Part shown: positions 8,109 to 10,105 of the stretch, piece after piece
How the letters are laid out: the number at the start of each line of letters is the position of its first letter
Numbering within the stretch: the stretch's first letter is position 1
From: Gloeobacterales cyanobacterium
Lineage (GTDB): Bacteria; Cyanobacteriota; Cyanobacteriia; Gloeobacterales; PMM-0068
Length of the DNA stretch: 10,105 nt
Direction: 5' to 3'
Assembly (NCBI GenBank): GCA_038245785.1
Contig: JBBRSB010000057.1
Location: forward strand, 1 to 10,105
Made by a program: the position numbers and the translations under genes
The notes under the pieces: model-generated
Seen by the model: the letters and a program-made list of their open reading frames with translations, nothing else
The model's database searches: none
Told to the model about the DNA's origin: nothing

Positions 8109-8493
8109 CTATTAAACACTGACGCCAATGCATATATAAGACCTTTTGGGATTCAGTTTATATAGATTTATGAGTTTGATGAACTGAGGAAGGTTCCCTC
8201 TCGTTCCCAAGCTAAGGAAGACTAGCTCGCATAAGCTTTTGGGCTACCAGTTAAGGAGCTATTTTATTTTTGGGAAATTGGTTTGCTGACTATCGATAGA
8301 AGCTACATGCAAGCGATAGTTGGTATAAACCATTGCCAGAGAACCTAACCTGGGTAAGCATATTGTGAAAGGTCACTCATTAAAGGGCCCTCTATGGCAA
8401 TAAAAAATCGCTGAAATGCTTTCTCAGAGGATGTTTCACTTGCTACTTTGGCTCTGGTGACAGCTTCGCTATATTTACCCCTATATGGCTAAA

Positions 8494-8555
8494 TAGGTGG
8501 AAATAATTCTACCTAATCCGCCTATTTGGGTGATTAGGTGGATATCGTCAGCCTA
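8494..8555. repeat. Cluster of five TAGGYNGA octamers in mixed orientation
   Basis: TAGGTGGA (+, 8494-8501), TAGGTAGA (-, 8508-8515), TAGGCGGA (-, 8517-8524), TAGGTGGA (+, 8535-8542), TAGGCTGA (-, 8548-8555). Confidence 0.6.
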
Positions 8556-8760
8556 GTAGCCCTTTTAATCTTGGGGTTTTGCCCAAACTCAGGATTGATT
8601 AGGCTATTAGCACCATTAACTATATGAGGTTGAAAATAAAATGTCATTGAACGATTTTTCGGTTTGATAAACTATTGTTTCATTCCTATTGTTTGTTCAC
8701 TCAGTAGTGAGGTGTTTTGGTTCAATCCCTCCAAAAGGTGCAATCAGCCTACCTGTTAAT

Positions 8761-9114
8761 TTAAGGATAAACGCCTATTGCAATTTGAATCCCTGCTTGA
8801 ATGCGCTGGAGTGCGCTAGGGCTGATGCTGCCGTAAGGCCCTTGCTCTAGGTATTGTTTGCGCACAGCCAGAATGCTGTCGCACACAGCCAGGGAGTCTT
8901 GCTGAAGACCGCCTTCGCCAGCGGGAAGCAAAATCCGGGTTGGGGTGTTGCCGCTACTAAGGTCACTGGTAAAGGGGACAACGAGCACTGTGCTGCTGAG
9001 TTCGTTGCGAATGTTAATGGAAACAATCACGGCTGGACGTTTTTTCGTATCGCCGATGGTTTTGAGGGCTTTGATTAGATAAATCTGCCCTTGCTGAGGG
9101 AATACAGCCATCAT
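8761..9114 (-). CDS. mazF: MazF/PemK-family endoribonuclease toxin
   Basis: PQQGQIYL...GDTKKRPAVIVS...N....TVLVVPFTS...GGL..DS.A.CD.I.AV.K..L matches the PemK/MazF pattern. ATGA overlap with the antitoxin stop (alternative start 9111). Confidence 0.93.
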   Translation of the reverse strand: MMAVFPQQGQIYLIKALKTIGDTKKRPAVIVSINIRNELSSTVLVVPFTSDLSSGNTPTRILLPAGEGGLQQDSLAVCDSILAVRKQYLEQGPYGSISPSALQRIQAGIQIAIGVYP

Positions 9115-9365
9115 GGCCTCTCGGCATCAGACGTTTCAGCAAGTTGCTGCTGTCCTAAATCGGCCCAGGTTTCTTCAAATTCAATATCGGTCTGAGAGCG
9201 GCTTTGATAGAACTGGCGCAATTGTTCGTTGACTTTGTGGTTGCGCCAGAGGCGCAAAGCTTCCTCTATAACGGCGGAACGATTGTCGGATAAGCGATCG
9301 ATTGCGTCCATCAAATCGGCATCAATCGTGACCGAAACTCGTCGCTTGATAGGTGGGGCGGTCAT
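9111..9365 (-). CDS. Cognate antitoxin with N-terminal ribbon-helix-helix domain
   Basis: KRRVSVTIDADLMDAIDRL..NRSAVIEEALR is an RHH pattern, followed by an acidic C-terminal tail. Lies directly upstream of and coupled to mazF. Confidence 0.88.
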   Translation of the reverse strand: MTAPPIKRRVSVTIDADLMDAIDRLSDNRSAVIEEALRLWRNHKVNEQLRQFYQSRSQTDIEFEETWADLGQQQLAETSDAERP

Positions 9366-9381
9366 GGGCTAGATTGCTCAA

Positions 9382-9403
9382 GTATTACGAATACATCATA
9401 TCA
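9382..9403 (-). promoter_or_regulatory. Putative TA operon promoter: extended -10 and adjacent palindromic operator
   Basis: Minus strand TG-A-TATGAT (9403-9395) is immediately followed by the palindrome GTATT-N3-AATAC (9382-9394), 16 nt before the ATG. A second palindrome TATCA-C-TGATA lies at 9408-9418. Confidence 0.55.
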
Positions 9404-9451
9404 ATAATATCACTGATAATCATACTAAAGCCGTTGAAAGAAAGTTTGGGG

Positions 9452-9580
9452 GCTGTTAGATAAATCTGACAGCATCTAACTAGTTGCATAAGTTTTAGCT
9501 GTCAGTCTTGAAAACTTACGGGATTATATACACTTAGTTGCATAGGTTGTGGCAAAAGTGAGAAGGTCGCTCTTGAAAAC
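9452..9580. repeat. Interleaved inverted and direct repeats
   Basis: GCTGTTAGAT-AA-ATCTGACAGC (9452-9473, 1 mismatch), a third half-site GCTGTCAG (9498-9505), TAGTTGCATA x2 (9481, 9535) and TCTTGAAAAC x2 (9506, 9571). Confidence 0.55.
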
Positions 9581-9650
9581 ACAACCATTATGACCCTCAA
9601 TGCCCAGCTCTATGAGCCTTAGAGTTAATTGTAACAACCCATCTATGACC

Positions 9651-10105
9651 TATAGCTATCCTAAATGATGCATGAAGTCAATTTCATAGGTAGCAGGTTA
9701 TAATTTACCAATTGCGTTACTCCTAAAAGATGAAAGACTTACTCCAGTTCATTCAGAATAATCTCGACTCCAGAGAGTTGAAACGAGCCTTAGCAGTCAA
9801 GCTTGTTTTTGAAAACTATCCCTATGACCAAATACGCAAGATACTAAATGTGTCGTTAGGGTTTATCACAAAGTGGAAGCAAGCTTTTATTGTGGATGGA
9901 GTGGCTGGCTTAAAGTTGGGTCATAAGGGTTCAGAGCCTTATTTGGCAGGAGAGCAAAGGCAAAACACTATTTCTTGGCTAAAGACTAAGAATTACTGGG
10001 ATTTAGAGGAATTAGAGGCCCATATTGAAGACGAGTACAACGTAATTTTTAAATCGAAGCAGAGCTACTATGAACTATTCAAAGAGGCAGATATAAGCTG
10101 GAAAA
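9651..10105 (+). mobile_element. IS630-family element, left end (continues beyond the window)
   Basis: TATAGCTATCCTAAATGATGCATGAA at 9651 begins with the TA target dinucleotide and resembles cyanobacterial IS630-type ends as I recall them. A transposase ORF follows. The right IR is not visible, so the boundary is approximate. Confidence 0.7.
9730..10105 (+). CDS. IS630-family transposase, N-terminal HTH/winged-helix region (3' end outside the window)
   Basis: Not in the ORF track. ATG9730 gives MKDLLQFIQNNLDSRELKRALAVKLVFENYPYDQIRKILNVSLGFITKWKQAF...GLKLGHKGSEPYL...WLKTKNYWDLEELEAHIEDEYNVIFKSKQSYYELFKEADISWK, open to the window end. Confidence 0.88.
   Translation, partial: MKDLLQFIQNNLDSRELKRALAVKLVFENYPYDQIRKILNVSLGFITKWKQAFIVDGVAGLKLGHKGSEPYLAGEQRQNTISWLKTKNYWDLEELEAHIEDEYNVIFKSKQSYYELFKEADISWK

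Noticed and set aside
6539..9078. Small ORFs 6539..6742, 7001..7264, 8854..9078
   Set aside because: Antisense to better-supported genes (Rhs fragment, secreted protein, mazF).
8223..9510. dif/pdif-like sites flanking the TA module (GCATAA at ~8229 and ~9486)
   Set aside because: Only the XerC-like GCATAA is present, with no XerD-like arm after a 6-bp spacer.
8100..9650. CRISPR array or ncRNA gene in the intergenic stretches
   Set aside because: No regularly spaced 25-40-nt repeats and no recognisable RNA family motif.

Overview
Accessory, insertion-sequence-rich region, probably from a cyanobacterial plasmid or genomic island (host inferred from a DXCF cyanobacteriochrome GAF domain and HIP1 GCGATCGC sites). 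In order: the 3' end of a HigA-type antitoxin; a frameshifted Phd/YefM antitoxin remnant cut by an internally deleted ISL3 element; an intact 1069-aa REC-GAF(CBCR)-4xPAS histidine kinase on the minus strand, whose upstream translationally coupled response-regulator gene survives only as a ~95-bp stub; an IS6-family element with perfect 19-bp IRs and no target duplication; an Rhs/YD-repeat fragment truncated at both ends; a coupled two-gene operon encoding an apparent stand-alone subtilase-type prodomain and an unknown secreted protein; an intact RHH antitoxin/MazF(PemK) module with unexplained repeat clusters on both sides; and the left end of an IS630 element. No CRISPR array, tRNA or rRNA was seen. 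The best candidates for novelty are the prodomain-only operon, the orphaned and compositionally mosaic photosensory kinase, and the repeat clusters. All family calls come from motif recognition by eye, not from database searches.
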